Of a stretch of DNA of 64,000 bases, positions 1 through 10,264 are shown piece after piece; position 1 is the stretch's first letter, and the number at the start of each line of letters is the position of its first letter. Below the pieces are notes generated by a model. That model was given only the letters and a program-made list of their open reading frames with translations. It did not search any database and was not told the origin of the DNA. Origin of the DNA: Thermodesulfobacteriota bacterium (lineage in GTDB: Bacteria; Desulfobacterota_D; UBA1144; Nemesobacterales; UBA2774); contig OY729416.1 of the NCBI GenBank assembly GCA_963422265.1, forward strand, positions 576,001 to 640,000, in the 5' to 3' direction. The position numbers and the translations under genes are program-made.

Positions 1-207
1 CCCAAGCGTTACGATAACTGCCTCGCGTTCCCAAAACAATAAAAAACGTCTCCGCTCAATCGTTTGAAAAATTAGCTGCCATCCGTCCCTGGCGTATTCA
101 TTTAACTCGGCTTCTAGTTTCTTAATTGGCACTCTTGATGACCCTAAAAATAAAGTCCCTAAAAAACCTTCTGTTATGTGTATAACTTTGTATTCCTTAT
201 ATGCCAT
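1..207 (-). CDS. DUF4177-like small protein, partial (runs off window start)
   Basis: Manual translation from ATG at 207: MAYKEYKVIHITEGFLGTLFLGSSRVPIKKLEAELNEYARDGWQLIFQ...; EYKV...LNEY.RDGW pattern typical of DUF4177. Confidence 0.65.
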   Translation of the reverse strand, partial: MAYKEYKVIHITEGFLGTLFLGSSRVPIKKLEAELNEYARDGWQLIFQTIERRRFLLFWEREAVIVTLG

Positions 208-248
208 TTTTTATAGTAACCTCTTTGTGATTCCACTATACTCTTTCT

Positions 249-1448
249 TCAGCACAGATTCTTAAAATCAGTGCCCGTAGGATTCTGGAATACCCGGAGC
301 TCGAACCCGCGCATCGCCGCTAGCACATGATCAAATATATCAGCCTGTATTTGTTCATAATTCTCCCAAACCTGGTCTTTACTGAAAATATAAATCTCGA
401 TAGGGAGACCGTTGGGTCCTGGGTCAAGCTGTCTGATCAGGAAAGTTAAATCTTTACTAATTTTAGGATTATCCTTTAAGTAAGATATCAAGTAAGCTCT
501 GAACGTCCCTATATTCGTTAACCTACGGCCGTTAATAAGCTCCGAATCGTCTATTTGTTTCTGTTGATTATAATCAGCAAGTTCTTTCTTTTTCAATTTA
601 ATATAATCGCTTATATATCGGTACTTTCTAAATTTCTCGAGCATCTTTTCATCGCAGAACTTGACGCTGGTCATATCAATGTTGATAGCCCGTTTTATTC
701 TCCTTCCTCCTGACTCTGACATTCCGCGCCAGTTTTTAACCCCTTCGCTGACTAAAGCAAACGTGGGTATGGTTGTAATGGTCTTATCCCAGTTTTGAAC
801 TTTTACGGTCGTTAGGGAAATATCTGTTACGTCCCCATCAGCGCCGTATTTCGGCATTTCAATCCAGTCTCCTACTTTTACCATATTATTGACAGAGAGC
901 TGTATTCCAGCGGCAAAACCGAGTATCGGATCCTTGAATATAAGTATAAGAACTGCGGTCATAGCCCCAAGTCCACCTATGAGGAAAGCAGGTGATTTCC
1001 CTATTATTAGGGAAATTATTACAACCCCGATCAACGTGTAGATAACAATTTTAATTACTTGGCTAATGCTTCTGACGGGTATATTGTGAGACTCGTCATA
1101 CTTGCCATAAATATCTACTACCGAGCCAATAAAAGCATCAACTGTAAGTACCACCATAAATAGCATGTAAATCTCAATTACTCTGCGTATTATGAAAATA
1201 ATTGTCTCATTAGTGAACGCTAAGTCCACCATTAAATAAATAACGATAGCTGGTGCTATATGGGAAAGCCTTCTGAAAAATTTTCTTTTTACTAATATAT
1301 CATCCCACTCAGATGCGGTTTTAGAGGCGAACTGTTCGACGATTTTTAGAACAAATCTCTTTGCCGCGTGATTTACTATAAAAGCTAAAACCAGCAGCCC
1401 AAGAAACATCAGCAGGTCTATCCCTATAGGAATTAGCGTCTCGCTCAC
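249..1448 (-). CDS. Small-conductance mechanosensitive channel, MscS family (YbdG/MscM-like)
   Basis: TM helices then FKDPILGFAAGIQL, GDWIEMPKYGADGDV, VKVQNWDKTITTIPT, NWRGMSESGGRRIKR. Confidence 0.92.
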   Translation of the reverse strand: MSETLIPIGIDLLMFLGLLVLAFIVNHAAKRFVLKIVEQFASKTASEWDDILVKRKFFRRLSHIAPAIVIYLMVDLAFTNETIIFIIRRVIEIYMLFMVVLTVDAFIGSVVDIYGKYDESHNIPVRSISQVIKIVIYTLIGVVIISLIIGKSPAFLIGGLGAMTAVLILIFKDPILGFAAGIQLSVNNMVKVGDWIEMPKYGADGDVTDISLTTVKVQNWDKTITTIPTFALVSEGVKNWRGMSESGGRRIKRAINIDMTSVKFCDEKMLEKFRKYRYISDYIKLKKKELADYNQQKQIDDSELINGRRLTNIGTFRAYLISYLKDNPKISKDLTFLIRQLDPGPNGLPIEIYIFSKDQVWENYEQIQADIFDHVLAAMRGFELRVFQNPTGTDFKNLC

Positions 1449-1529
1449 AAATTAAAATCCTCTACTATTGTGACTAGAATGACTTCTCGAAGGTATGTCA
1501 AGGTAAACTGCGATCTATACCTATTCCAC

Positions 1530-1736
1530 TCAATGGTTGGTAATTACTTCAGTTTGATTATTCATAATAACTATATGGATTGATGCTAAGCGTCCGTCTT
1601 CAAACTTTACTTTGTAGGCTTTGCCGACCATCTTCTTAACCCCGCCTATAATTTCTCCTATAAGTCCCGGCTCAAAGATCTCATCGCCCAGATTTATCGT
1701 GAGAATAACCTTAAACTTTGTACCCGGTAAGTACAT
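1530..1736 (-). CDS. Hypothetical small protein (68 aa)
   Basis: ORF co-oriented with neighbours, fills the gap. Confidence 0.55.
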   Translation of the reverse strand: MYLPGTKFKVILTINLGDEIFEPGLIGEIIGGVKKMVGKAYKVKFEDGRLASIHIVIMNNQTEVITNH

Positions 1737-1833
1737 ATACGTCCTATACCTAATATATTAACTTCTCAAAATATTTAATGCCGTCAATGTTATCCATTAG
1801 AGAGTTAGGTAAAGGAAGATAGCCCCACACAAA

Positions 1834-4002
1834 CTATATTCTTTTAGCAGGAGCCGAAGCTAGGTGTTCCTGTAAGCGTTCACACTCAGCATATAGCTCC
1901 TTGGCTAAGTCCAACATCTCAACTGAAAGCTCCTCCGTGTAATCCTGGTCAAGCATATCGATCAGCACGCTTGATATATCCATCCATTTTTCATCAGCAT
2001 CTCCTGTTCTTACAAGAAGATTCTCAAATTCCCACATAGTCTGAGAAGGCGTGAACGGATCAATAAGTTTTGTGTATAAGGGCACGTGTGCACTTGCCGC
2101 GCATGAATGATAAGATTCCATCACGGAGGCGCTATATTCACCGTGTTTGAGCAGCGCCTCAGCTTGTTCTATGCGCTTTTGGGCATCAGCAAAAGTCGGC
2201 ACCTTTTCCTCAACCGTAGCCCCTGCACATTCACCTTTCACTCCTTTTTGGAGTTCAAACTTCTCTTCTTCATGTCCCCAGTCCTGATAGAACGCAGGGT
2301 CTTGCTCAAAGGTCGGTATCTTTGTAAATTCGGATATTTCTTCTTTGATACGATCCCTGCCTAGCCTTTTCATTACCCTGTCAAAGTGCTCGTTGCCGCT
2401 TCCCTCGTCCCTATATAGCTCAAGCAATCTCCTAACAACTTTTGGGGCGTTTCTAGTCGGAACTTTAATAATAGAGGTAGCGAGCCTTGTATTATCCCCA
2501 TATAGTCCACCACCTACGAAGACCTGTTCTGCTGGGACGTTTCTACCACCTTTGGCAAGCGAAGCCCCCTGGAAGCCTATACTTGCCGTAACGTGCTGTG
2601 CGCAGGAGTTTGGGCATCCAGATATTTTGATTTTTAAGTTTTTTGACAGCTCTTTAAATTCACCTAGTCCGTTCTTCATGCCCACGCTAAGAGTATCGGC
2701 TAATCCCTTTGCGGACGTTATGCCCAAGCGGCACGTATCAGCTCCGGGGCAGGCAGTTATATCATCAAACGTCTCTGGTGCTAAACTTACAAGGTCTATT
2801 TCTTTAAGGGAGGAGTACAAGGCGGGGAGTGCGTTTGTGGGAACCCATCGAAGTATAAAGTTTTGGCTTATACTTATTCTAATCTCTCCCGAAGAAAACA
2901 TCTCTGCAATATCTGCCAGCTTTCTGGCTTTATCAGAGTCAACGTCGCCGTTATGGACTCTGATATTTACCATCCTAAAACCCTCTTCGGCGTGAGATAA
3001 AACGCATGAGTCATACCATACTCGGTAGTCGTGATTATTCTCTATATCTTCAGAGAATTGTGGGATGTTAGAATTAGCCTCAGGTGGTTTTTCATCTATA
3101 TTACTCAAAAAATCGTTCCACGAAGGCTCGACTCTCAACAACTTCCTCTCAGCCTCTACGCGCTTGCAGAACTCATCAAATCCAAGCTTTCTTATTAAGA
3201 ACTTCATACGGGCTTTCATGCGCACTTTACGTTCTCCAAAGCGATCAAATACCCGAACTACGGCGGCTGAGAATGGTATCATCTCCTCTACGGGCATAAA
3301 ATCAGCCCATAGATGCCCTAACGAAGGTGATGCTCCTAAGCCTCCTCCCACGTAAACCTGAAATCCGCGTTTTAACCCCCCGTTAACTTCCCTAACGCGG
3401 GCGCGGAAACCTAAATCGTGGATCCTGATCCCGGCGTGATCTTGATCTGGGCAACCTTCAAAGCACACCTTGAACTTTCTACCCATATTTTGGCAAATCG
3501 GGTTTCTAAGCATAAAATTCTTAAAAGCCTCGGCGTAAGGCGTTACGTCAAACGTCTCGGTAGGAGAAGCCCCTGACTGGTGACACGCCGTAACGTTTCT
3601 TACTGTATTTCCACAAGCCTCACGCGTAGTTATACCAACGTCCGCAAGCTCTCGCATCATATCGGGCACGGTTTTCAACTGTAGATAGTAAATCTGAACG
3701 TCCTGTCTTGTGGTAAGGTGTATAAAACCGCTGGCGTATTTATCCGAAATGCTAGCTAAGCGTCTTAGTTGCTGTGAGTTAAGGCCACCGAAGGGAATCT
3801 TTATGCGCTGCATCTGCACCCCAGCCTGACGCTGAGCATAAGTGCCTAATTGAAGGCGTATCTTCTGGAATTTAATCTCACCTGTCATACCTGCGAGATA
3901 GTCCTCTATCTGACGCTCATAAAGGTCAAGCTCCTCTCGGACTTCATCAGGTAAACCAGTTTTGATCTCCTCAATTGTTTTTTGTTTGACTTGCTCTTCC
4001 AT
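1834..4002 (-). CDS. Siroheme/[4Fe-4S] nitrite/sulfite reductase with C-terminal helical extension
   Basis: HLTTRQD, ACGNTVRNV, CPGADTC and SGCPNSC siroheme/cluster ligands. Confidence 0.9.
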   Translation of the reverse strand: MEEQVKQKTIEEIKTGLPDEVREELDLYERQIEDYLAGMTGEIKFQKIRLQLGTYAQRQAGVQMQRIKIPFGGLNSQQLRRLASISDKYASGFIHLTTRQDVQIYYLQLKTVPDMMRELADVGITTREACGNTVRNVTACHQSGASPTETFDVTPYAEAFKNFMLRNPICQNMGRKFKVCFEGCPDQDHAGIRIHDLGFRARVREVNGGLKRGFQVYVGGGLGASPSLGHLWADFMPVEEMIPFSAAVVRVFDRFGERKVRMKARMKFLIRKLGFDEFCKRVEAERKLLRVEPSWNDFLSNIDEKPPEANSNIPQFSEDIENNHDYRVWYDSCVLSHAEEGFRMVNIRVHNGDVDSDKARKLADIAEMFSSGEIRISISQNFILRWVPTNALPALYSSLKEIDLVSLAPETFDDITACPGADTCRLGITSAKGLADTLSVGMKNGLGEFKELSKNLKIKISGCPNSCAQHVTASIGFQGASLAKGGRNVPAEQVFVGGGLYGDNTRLATSIIKVPTRNAPKVVRRLLELYRDEGSGNEHFDRVMKRLGRDRIKEEISEFTKIPTFEQDPAFYQDWGHEEEKFELQKGVKGECAGATVEEKVPTFADAQKRIEQAEALLKHGEYSASVMESYHSCAASAHVPLYTKLIDPFTPSQTMWEFENLLVRTGDADEKWMDISSVLIDMLDQDYTEELSVEMLDLAKELYAECERLQEHLASAPAKRI

Positions 4003-4136
4003 TGTTATCCCTTCTATAATTAAAAATTAGGAATTTATGTTGTTAGAATTATTAGTCTATATATAAAAAGACGTATTATCAAACAGAACTTATATGAAAA
4101 ATTTGTTGAATTCACGAGAACGCTCTTTATATTATT

Positions 4137-5432
4137 TTATATGTCAACGGGCGTAGCATAAGCTAGTCCCCCTTCTACTTTGTTAATACTAACTATTACT
4201 TCTTCTCCTATTTCAAAATCGCCGCCGCCTTCCAGCCTTACCGATAAGTAGTTTGTGGTTGTACCCTTTAGGTTAGATTCTACCAATATCGGGAAATTTC
4301 TCCCCACAAAGCTCTTGTAAAACCTATCTTTTTTCTCTATACCAAGCTCTCTTAATTTTTTGCTTCTATGTTTAACGGTATTCGGATGAACCTGATTAGG
4401 CATATTAGAGGCGGGGGTCATTTTTCTTTTTGAGTAGGGAAAAACATGAAAATAAGTAAGCGCCGATCTTTCTGCCACGTCATAAGTATTCTGGAATTGC
4501 TCCTCCGTCTCACCTGGGAACCCCACCATAATGTCAGAACCTATAGAGGCATCCGGCATAGTTTTTCTGATTGATCGCGTCAGCTTGAGAAATTTATCGT
4601 GTCTATACCTCCTTCTCATTTGTTTGAGCACCTTGTCATCACCGCTCTGGAGCGCTATGTGAAACTGTGGACAGATAGTTTTGCTACCCGCTATGAAATC
4701 TATTAAAGAGACATCCACGTCTGCCGGGTCCAGAGACGTAAGCCTCACGCGGTTAACTATTTTTTCTTTTTCTATTTCACGTATGAGCTCAAAAAAACTC
4801 GTTCCTATATCTCTACCATAGCTCGCTATATGTATGCCCGTTAATACGATTTCCTTATACCCAAAGGTAGCTAACTTCTCCATACGCTCTAGGACCTCCC
4901 GAATCGGAAGACTCCTTGAACGTCCTCTAGCCCTTGGAATGATACAGAAAGTACAGGCAAAGTTACATCCGTCCTGGACTTTTAAGTATGCCCTTGTCCT
5001 CCCAGGAAAGCTCTCTATATCAGGGGTTTCAAAATCCTTTCTCTTTTCCTTAAAAACGTCTGAGATAAAAACTTTTGGTTCCTGCTGACACTCTCCTTCC
5101 ATTATAACTTTGATTAAGGACGAGAATTTATGTGAATTGCCGATTATATAATCAACCCCTCGCACTTGCTTCAGTTCGTCTGGCGATACCTGACCATAAC
5201 AACCTGTTACAATTACAACCCCTTTGGGATTAGCCCTTTTTGCACGGTAAATATAGTTTCTGGCTTCAGCATCCGCCTTGTGGGTGACAGTGCAGGTATC
5301 TATAAGGTAAACGTCTGCTTTGTTTCCAAAACCCACCCTCTTATATTTGCTCTCAGGAAGCCTGTTGAGGATTGCGGCTGTATCATATTGATTCGCCTTG
5401 CATCCTAGCGTAACGACGGAAATACTCTTCAC
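4137..5432 (-). CDS. mtaB: tRNA t6A37 methylthiotransferase
   Basis: TLGCKANQ, DTCTVT, LKVQDGCNFACTFC radical SAM motif, HVFPYSKR. Confidence 0.92.
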   Translation of the reverse strand: MKSISVVTLGCKANQYDTAAILNRLPESKYKRVGFGNKADVYLIDTCTVTHKADAEARNYIYRAKRANPKGVVIVTGCYGQVSPDELKQVRGVDYIIGNSHKFSSLIKVIMEGECQQEPKVFISDVFKEKRKDFETPDIESFPGRTRAYLKVQDGCNFACTFCIIPRARGRSRSLPIREVLERMEKLATFGYKEIVLTGIHIASYGRDIGTSFFELIREIEKEKIVNRVRLTSLDPADVDVSLIDFIAGSKTICPQFHIALQSGDDKVLKQMRRRYRHDKFLKLTRSIRKTMPDASIGSDIMVGFPGETEEQFQNTYDVAERSALTYFHVFPYSKRKMTPASNMPNQVHPNTVKHRSKKLRELGIEKKDRFYKSFVGRNFPILVESNLKGTTTNYLSVRLEGGGDFEIGEEVIVSINKVEGGLAYATPVDI

Positions 5433-6517
5433 GATTGCAGCAGCACCCTATCTATCCAGCCGCCTCCTAGGACCTTATTTCCTTTATAGAATACTACTGC
5501 CTGTCCCGGAGTAATTGAACGCTGCGGCTTTTTGAACTCGACCAAGGCATCAGTTTCAGATGTCATTGATACTGAGGCGTCGCTTTCTTTATGCCTATAT
5601 CTAACTTTAGCCCTTACTTCAGCACTTCCACCATTGATTTTATCCAAGTGATTTATCCATGAAATGTTTTTGGCAATCAGCTTTGTGCTATAAATCTCGG
5701 ACTCCTCACCCACTATTACCCTATTTGTAGAAGGATCTATTTTAATTACGTACATTGGCTTGCCTGTTGTTATGCCGAGCCTCCTTCTCTGGCCCACCGT
5801 GAATGAATAAATCCCTTTATGTTTGCCGAGCAACTCTCCTTTCATATTGATAATTTCTCCCTCACAACTCTCGAATTCATGACGCTGTTCCAGATAATCC
5901 CTGTAGTTACCACCGGGCACAAAACATACCCCTGTGCTATCAGGCTTATCAGAAGATTTCAGGTTCATATCTTTCGCTATAGACCTAACCTCTTTCTTGC
6001 TCATTGATCCGAGGGGAAACGCTAGGTGTGAGAGTTCTTTTTGCTTTAGGCTATAAAGGAAATACGTCTGATCTTTTGTGCTGTCGAGAGCTTTGTTCAA
6101 AGTGAACGTGCCATTTTCACAATCCCTTTCAACCCTTGCATAGTGCCCCGTCGCTAAGCAGTCAGCACCTAGCTCTAACGCTCGCTTTAAGAGTAAGTTA
6201 AACTTTATATGCTGGTTACAGAGAATGCACGGTATTGGGGTTTTTCCAGACCTGTATTTATTTATATAGTCGCTCAGGACGTAGCTCTTAAAATCTTCAA
6301 TCAGGCTAACTACGTAATGAGGTATGTCTATCTTCTGAGCGGCGCGACGTGCGTCGATGACGTGATCAAAAGAACAGCACCCTCCTTCCGCGTCTTTATA
6401 GTCCAAGAGTTGCATAGTTACGCCTATAATTTCGTGACCTTGCCCTTTTAGAATTGCGGCTACGGTGGTACTATCTACGCCCCCGCTCATTGCGACTACT
6501 ATTTTCTTCTTATTCAT
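5429..6517 (-). CDS. mnmA: tRNA 2-thiouridine(34) synthase
   Basis: AMSGGVDS, ATGHYAR, KDQTYFL, ITPGQAVVFY. Confidence 0.96.
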   Translation of the reverse strand: MNKKKIVVAMSGGVDSTTVAAILKGQGHEIIGVTMQLLDYKDAEGGCCSFDHVIDARRAAQKIDIPHYVVSLIEDFKSYVLSDYINKYRSGKTPIPCILCNQHIKFNLLLKRALELGADCLATGHYARVERDCENGTFTLNKALDSTKDQTYFLYSLKQKELSHLAFPLGSMSKKEVRSIAKDMNLKSSDKPDSTGVCFVPGGNYRDYLEQRHEFESCEGEIINMKGELLGKHKGIYSFTVGQRRRLGITTGKPMYVIKIDPSTNRVIVGEESEIYSTKLIAKNISWINHLDKINGGSAEVRAKVRYRHKESDASVSMTSETDALVEFKKPQRSITPGQAVVFYKGNKVLGGGWIDRVLLQS

Positions 6518-6579
6518 AATCAGGTGGAAAGATTACCTAAGGTTCAAGATTCAAACAAACGCAAAGGAGTTCGGCAGGC

Positions 6580-7791
6580 TTAAACTATCCCTGATTCTAC
6601 TTTGGTAATTGAATAATAGAGTCCTTCCGCGAATTTAAGCTCTTTTGCTTCTACGTGCTGATGGACAGCGTTAAATACATCTTGTGAGACTATGATTTTC
6701 CAGACTGGGGCTACTTTACTAATACTTCTTGCGATTTCAGTAACCTTTTTGATTCCCTGAGGCATACCGGTATAACTACTTGCTTCGAGGCGCCTTAAAC
6801 ATATACCTACTTTTCCACCTATTACTCTTTTGCCTCCTATATTTTTCTCTCTGGTAACACTGGCCAGGTATTGAAGCATCTCTACGGCTGAGCATACCGC
6901 CCTTAATTCTAGTTTGTCTAACTCTTTGGATGCGTTAAAAAACGCGATAATTTCATTTTTCAAAAAAGTCTCAACGAAACCACCGTAATCGGATATGATT
7001 CTCGACACCTCTTTTCTGTAGCTGATTAAGAACGAATTGAATTCTAATGGGCTAAGGTCTGAAGAGAATTCGTTGAAATCGGTGATGCTAGCGACTAATA
7101 CTGTGAAGTTTTTTAAGTGATGAGGATGATCTTGAGGCTCTTCTTCTACCTCAAGTAACACAGATTCAGATATTCGTTCTCCAGTTTCTTGTTTTTTCTC
7201 TATTTCTTCACGACTTCTTGGTATTTCATTTGACGTGCCATTCTCGTCAAGCTCAATTAAAATGTTCTCCTTTGATACTTTATCTATATTTGGTATTCGA
7301 GCTTCAGAGGCATCATTTTCACTATCGAGTGAGGGGACGTGCTTGGTAAGAAAGGAAAAGACAAATAAGAGTATTGTGGAAGCAGCAATCCCTATTAAAA
7401 CACCATAAAACGCTGAATACAGAATCGGGCTTTTGTAGCTACTGGTAACGAGTCCTAGTAGGATAGTGTTACTCTCTGGCGTAGTTATAGGAAACGACTC
7501 GGTGTTGTTCCCTGCTTTACCTCCAAAGCTTTGTAGTAGAAACCCTTGCGGGTCTAAAAGCTGCACGTAAACAACGTCTTGTCTTGAGTTGAGTACTTCT
7601 ATAGCCGTTTCCGAGAAGTTCTTCTCCGAAGAGTTAAAAAGATGCGTATATTCAAGAATATTTTGGTTTTTGAACGCAGAAGAAAAGTAATAGGAATTAA
7701 ATACTGAAATCAGAACCGATATCAAAATAGATATAAAAATTAGTGCTGGCAAGCTTCTTGACATTTTACTTAATGCCGCTGCGCGTTTCAC
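6580..7791 (-). CDS. Membrane protein with degenerate class III nucleotidyl-cyclase-like domain
   Basis: Two TM segments; C-terminal TVLVASITDF...YGGFVETFLKNEIIAFF aligns by eye with cyclase TVLF-D-I..F...DKFIGD motifs. Confidence 0.55.
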   Translation of the reverse strand: MKRAAALSKMSRSLPALIFISILISVLISVFNSYYFSSAFKNQNILEYTHLFNSSEKNFSETAIEVLNSRQDVVYVQLLDPQGFLLQSFGGKAGNNTESFPITTPESNTILLGLVTSSYKSPILYSAFYGVLIGIAASTILLFVFSFLTKHVPSLDSENDASEARIPNIDKVSKENILIELDENGTSNEIPRSREEIEKKQETGERISESVLLEVEEEPQDHPHHLKNFTVLVASITDFNEFSSDLSPLEFNSFLISYRKEVSRIISDYGGFVETFLKNEIIAFFNASKELDKLELRAVCSAVEMLQYLASVTREKNIGGKRVIGGKVGICLRRLEASSYTGMPQGIKKVTEIARSISKVAPVWKIIVSQDVFNAVHQHVEAKELKFAEGLYYSITKVESGIV

Positions 7792-7965
7792 TTCTTGAGT
7801 CTTTAATTAAACTCTGTCCACTTAAACTAGATAGATTTTGAATTAACTCTTGTCCGCAATGCTGAATTAGTAAAATTGTGAGAACTATGGAGTGTAACAA
7901 GGCTATAATTCTCCTTATACAAGCATGTGTACACAAGGATAGCTAATAGTTAGTAATACTGCCAT

Positions 7966-8229
7966 TTACTGAGTAAGTACTGGTTGTATATTTACCTTAG
8001 TTTTATTCTTCTTAAACTTCTTAAACTCCACCACTCCATCTATTAAAGCGAATAAAGTGTGATCCCTCCCCATTCCCACGTTGTTGCCGGGATGAAATTT
8101 AGTTCCTCTCTGTCTGGCAATAATGTTGCCGGCTCTTACAGCTTCGCCACCAAAGTGTTTGATTCCCAGCCTTTTTCCTGCTGTATCCCTACCGTTTCTT
8201 GTGCTTCCCCCACCTTTTTTAGTTGACAA
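7966..8229 (-). CDS. rpmA: 50S ribosomal protein L27
   Basis: [25 protein letters not shown] start. Confidence 0.98.
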   Translation of the reverse strand: MSTKKGGGSTRNGRDTAGKRLGIKHFGGEAVRAGNIIARQRGTKFHPGNNVGMGRDHTLFALIDGVVEFKKFKKNKTKVNIQPVLTQ

Positions 8230-8241
8230 TGGTTTTACCTC

Positions 8242-8556
8242 CTAATTCAGAATATCAGTTATTTTAATGGAAGTGTAGGTTTGGCGGTGTCCGTTTTTAT
8301 TTCTATATTTTTTTCTTCTTTTAAACTTAAAAACGGTAATTTTTTTGCCCTTTTTTTCGCTCAGTATCTTAGCCTTTACAACTGCATTCTCCACAGTAGG
8401 AGAACCTAAGCTCATTTTTCCGTCGTTGCCAGATACCATCAGCACTTCCTTGAATTGTATTTCGTCACCTAGATTGCCTGTCAGTTTTTCAACGTCAATA
8501 ACGTCTCCAGCTCTTACGCTATATTGTTTCCCGCCAGTTCTGATTACAGCCTGCAT
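8242..8556 (-). CDS. rplU: 50S ribosomal protein L21
   Basis: AVIRTGGKQY, GHRQTYT; upstream of rpmA. Confidence 0.98.
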   Translation of the reverse strand: MQAVIRTGGKQYSVRAGDVIDVEKLTGNLGDEIQFKEVLMVSGNDGKMSLGSPTVENAVVKAKILSEKKGKKITVFKFKRRKKYRNKNGHRQTYTSIKITDILN

Positions 8557-8668
8557 TGTATAATGCCCCCCTTTTGTTCACTTAAGGATTAGTATTATTT
8601 CTTTACTTATATTGTCAAGCACCTCTCTAATCTTTATCTTCTGAGTGTTGGCTAGGTCTATTCTTAAG

Positions 8669-9157
8669 TCACAAAGAAATACTCAAATGCTCTGAGGAAA
8701 CTACAATTCCTGTGTGATCAGCGTATGCAAACTCGCCGGGTACAAACATAACTCCACCAAACTTGACGGGAACGTTTAGCTCTCCCAAGCCCTTTCGTTT
8801 TGTTTTAAGAGGTATTGATCCTAGTGCTTTTACTCCTATATTCATTTCATTTATCATCTCAATGTCCCTAATGGCACCGTAAATAATGATTCCTTCCCAA
8901 CCATTTTTTGACGCGTCTTCAGCAATCATATCTCCTAAAAGGGCACATCTCATTGAACCACCCCCATCTATAACCATTACCATGCCTTTTCCATCCTGTT
9001 TAGCAGTCTCTTTAACAAACGAATTGTCTTCAAAGCACTTTATTGTAATTATCTCACCACCAAAAAATCCCTTTTTGCCGTAATGTTTAAATAATGGATC
9101 TACAACCCTTACAAGCTCTGGATATGAGTCGCAAAGATCGGACGTTGAGTATGCCAT
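8669..9157 (-). CDS. rraA: RraA family (RNase E regulator / HMG aldolase)
   Basis: TSDLCD, KCFEDNS, VIDGGGSMRCALLGD, GAIRD. Confidence 0.9.
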   Translation of the reverse strand: MAYSTSDLCDSYPELVRVVDPLFKHYGKKGFFGGEIITIKCFEDNSFVKETAKQDGKGMVMVIDGGGSMRCALLGDMIAEDASKNGWEGIIIYGAIRDIEMINEMNIGVKALGSIPLKTKRKGLGELNVPVKFGGVMFVPGEFAYADHTGIVVSSEHLSISL

Positions 9158-9161
9158 AACG

Positions 9162-9662
9162 TTACAGGCTCTTTGGGGTGAAATAGTCTAATAATTTCCC
9201 TGTCTTGATTCCAATTTGAGACCAAGAGCCACTATTGAACTTTATAATTGCAACTCCACACGTAGGGATGTTTTCAAAGCCAGAGTTGCTCAGATTGTTT
9301 ACAAGTTGTGTTATCGATGGGTTGTGGCCTACGAGCATAGCGTTTTGGAATGAGTTGCCAATGCTTTTAATCAAGTTAAAGAGACTGATTGCACCTGACG
9401 TGTATATGTAGTCATCAACTAAAATGTCTGATTTTTTGTAGCTCAACTCCTTGGAGATTTTTTCAGCCGTTCTCAAGGCTCTAACTGCCGGGCTTGATAT
9501 GATAATTTCAGGCTTGACCTTGCATTTAGATAGGCACTTTCCAACTTTAGGTGCATCCCTTTTTCCACGCTCATTCAGTTGCCGTTCAAGATCGCTAACT
9601 CTGGGCTCTGACCAAGTAGATTTAGCGTGTCGGACTAGAAAAAGCGTTTTATTCTTATGCAT
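9162..9662 (-). CDS. SixA-like histidine phosphatase
   Basis: LVRHAKS, SSPAVRALRTA, VGHNP. Confidence 0.88.
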   Translation of the reverse strand: MHKNKTLFLVRHAKSTWSEPRVSDLERQLNERGKRDAPKVGKCLSKCKVKPEIIISSPAVRALRTAEKISKELSYKKSDILVDDYIYTSGAISLFNLIKSIGNSFQNAMLVGHNPSITQLVNNLSNSGFENIPTCGVAIIKFNSGSWSQIGIKTGKLLDYFTPKSL

Positions 9663-9742
9663 TTATCCACTTAGTTAATCTGCTTTCACATCCTGCCAAT
9701 CAATTGTCTAATTGGGAACGCAACATGTTAATAGTTTGAGCG

Positions 9743-10246
9743 TCACGACCAAGGCTCACTGTAATAATAAACAAAATTTGCAACCTTAGGTCTCTCAGTC
9801 CAGCCCATCTTTCTATAAAATCCTCTCTTATAAGAAGGCTTATCCTGTCCGTTCGTAAGCATCAGTCTCATGCAGCCCCTTTCCTCACCCTCCTTTATAA
9901 CGTATTTAATAAGTGAATTGCCTACTCCCCTGCCACTTGCGCTTGGGCTTACAAAAACATCCGACACGTAGCCTTCAAAGTTGCCTAACATTAAAAACGG
10001 CACCCAATGAACGTTGACAAAGCCAAGCACTGCGTCATCTTCATTAACTGCTACTATTATAGTGTGTCCTTTGCTGTTGTCTAAGCAATGCCTTATCAGT
10101 TTCTCTATTGGTGTTGATACCTCTTTGAGCGGTAAAGAGTTCCTTTTTTCTGACCAACCTATTTCCCTGAGTATTGACGCCATGTATTCAGCATCCCCAA
10201 GCGTAGCCCGCCTTATTCTAATATCTTTCAATATATTCTCCTTCAA
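9743..10246 (-). CDS. GNAT family N-acetyltransferase
   Basis: VFVSPSASGRGVGNSL acetyl-CoA motif, FYRKMGW. Confidence 0.85.
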   Translation of the reverse strand: MKENILKDIRIRRATLGDAEYMASILREIGWSEKRNSLPLKEVSTPIEKLIRHCLDNSKGHTIIVAVNEDDAVLGFVNVHWVPFLMLGNFEGYVSDVFVSPSASGRGVGNSLIKYVIKEGEERGCMRLMLTNGQDKPSYKRGFYRKMGWTERPKVANFVYYYSEPWS

Positions 10247-10264
10247 GGCATTACCATTCTTTGG

